Shown: positions 56,283 through 56,856 of the stretch, piece after piece | How positions within the stretch are numbered: position 1 is the first letter of the stretch | Layout: each line of letters begins with the position of its first letter | Source: a bacterium | Lineage (GTDB): Bacteria; Babelota; Babeliae; Babelales; Vermiphilaceae | Assembly (NCBI GenBank): GCA_030588705.1 | Contig: JAUUXD010000001.1 | Span: 1-56,856, forward strand | Direction of reading: 5' to 3' | Length of the DNA stretch: 56,856 bases | Position numbers and translations under genes: made by a program | The notes under the pieces: generated by a model | Told to the model about the DNA's origin: nothing | Database searches by the model: none | The model's input: only the letters and a program-made list of their open reading frames with translations

Positions 56283-56856
<574 letters not shown>

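Overview
The window is about 57 kb of a compact bacterial chromosome that uses the standard genetic code. Genes are tightly packed and many overlap by 1-10 nt.

Core content:
- Left end: rpsP (partial), ffh and hflX.
- A roughly 17 kb minus-strand block with very short spacers: tRNA-Tyr, tRNA-Gly, two tRNA-Thr, rpmG, tRNA-Trp, secE, nusG, rplKAJL, rpoB, rpoC, tRNA-Val, rpsO, pnp, rph and a holA-like gene.
- Scattered housekeeping genes: a uvrD/pcrA-type helicase, trpS, a cdaA-like/ybbR-like/glmM operon, tsaE, a yacP-like gene, a lone atpG, murA, an rluB-type synthase, tdk, radA, an SLC1-type symporter and an ABC-F ATPase.
- Right end: 5S rRNA and the 3' end of 23S rRNA.

Between these sit host-interaction-type accessory genes, most with Sec-like leaders:
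- three ankyrin-repeat proteins, two of them tandem paralogs with a duplicated 5' leader;
- three tandem TPR plus GT9-like glycosyltransferase paralogs;
- a eukaryotic-type cPLA2-like lipase;
- several small secreted helical or Cys-containing proteins;
- a 1122-aa CPBP-type membrane protein.

This mix suggests an obligate intracellular or protist-associated lineage, possibly Dependentiae-like. That is inference only.

Main leads:
1. tRNA-sized GC-rich palindromic elements are fused directly to the CCA ends of tRNA-Gly and tRNA-Tyr. They share a covarying hairpin, and partial copies appear to lie in frame in hflX and the CPBP gene.
2. The TPR-GT9 triplet, which looks exported.
3. The cPLA2-like lipase.
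4. A CdaA homolog lacking the RHR catalytic motif but kept in the cdaA-cdaR-glmM context.
5. A Cys-rich insertion of about 57 aa in RpoB.
6. The rpoC stop codon lies inside tRNA-Val.

I found no CRISPR array, transposase, integrase or prophage genes. All family assignments rest on motifs I recognise by eye, and no database search was possible.
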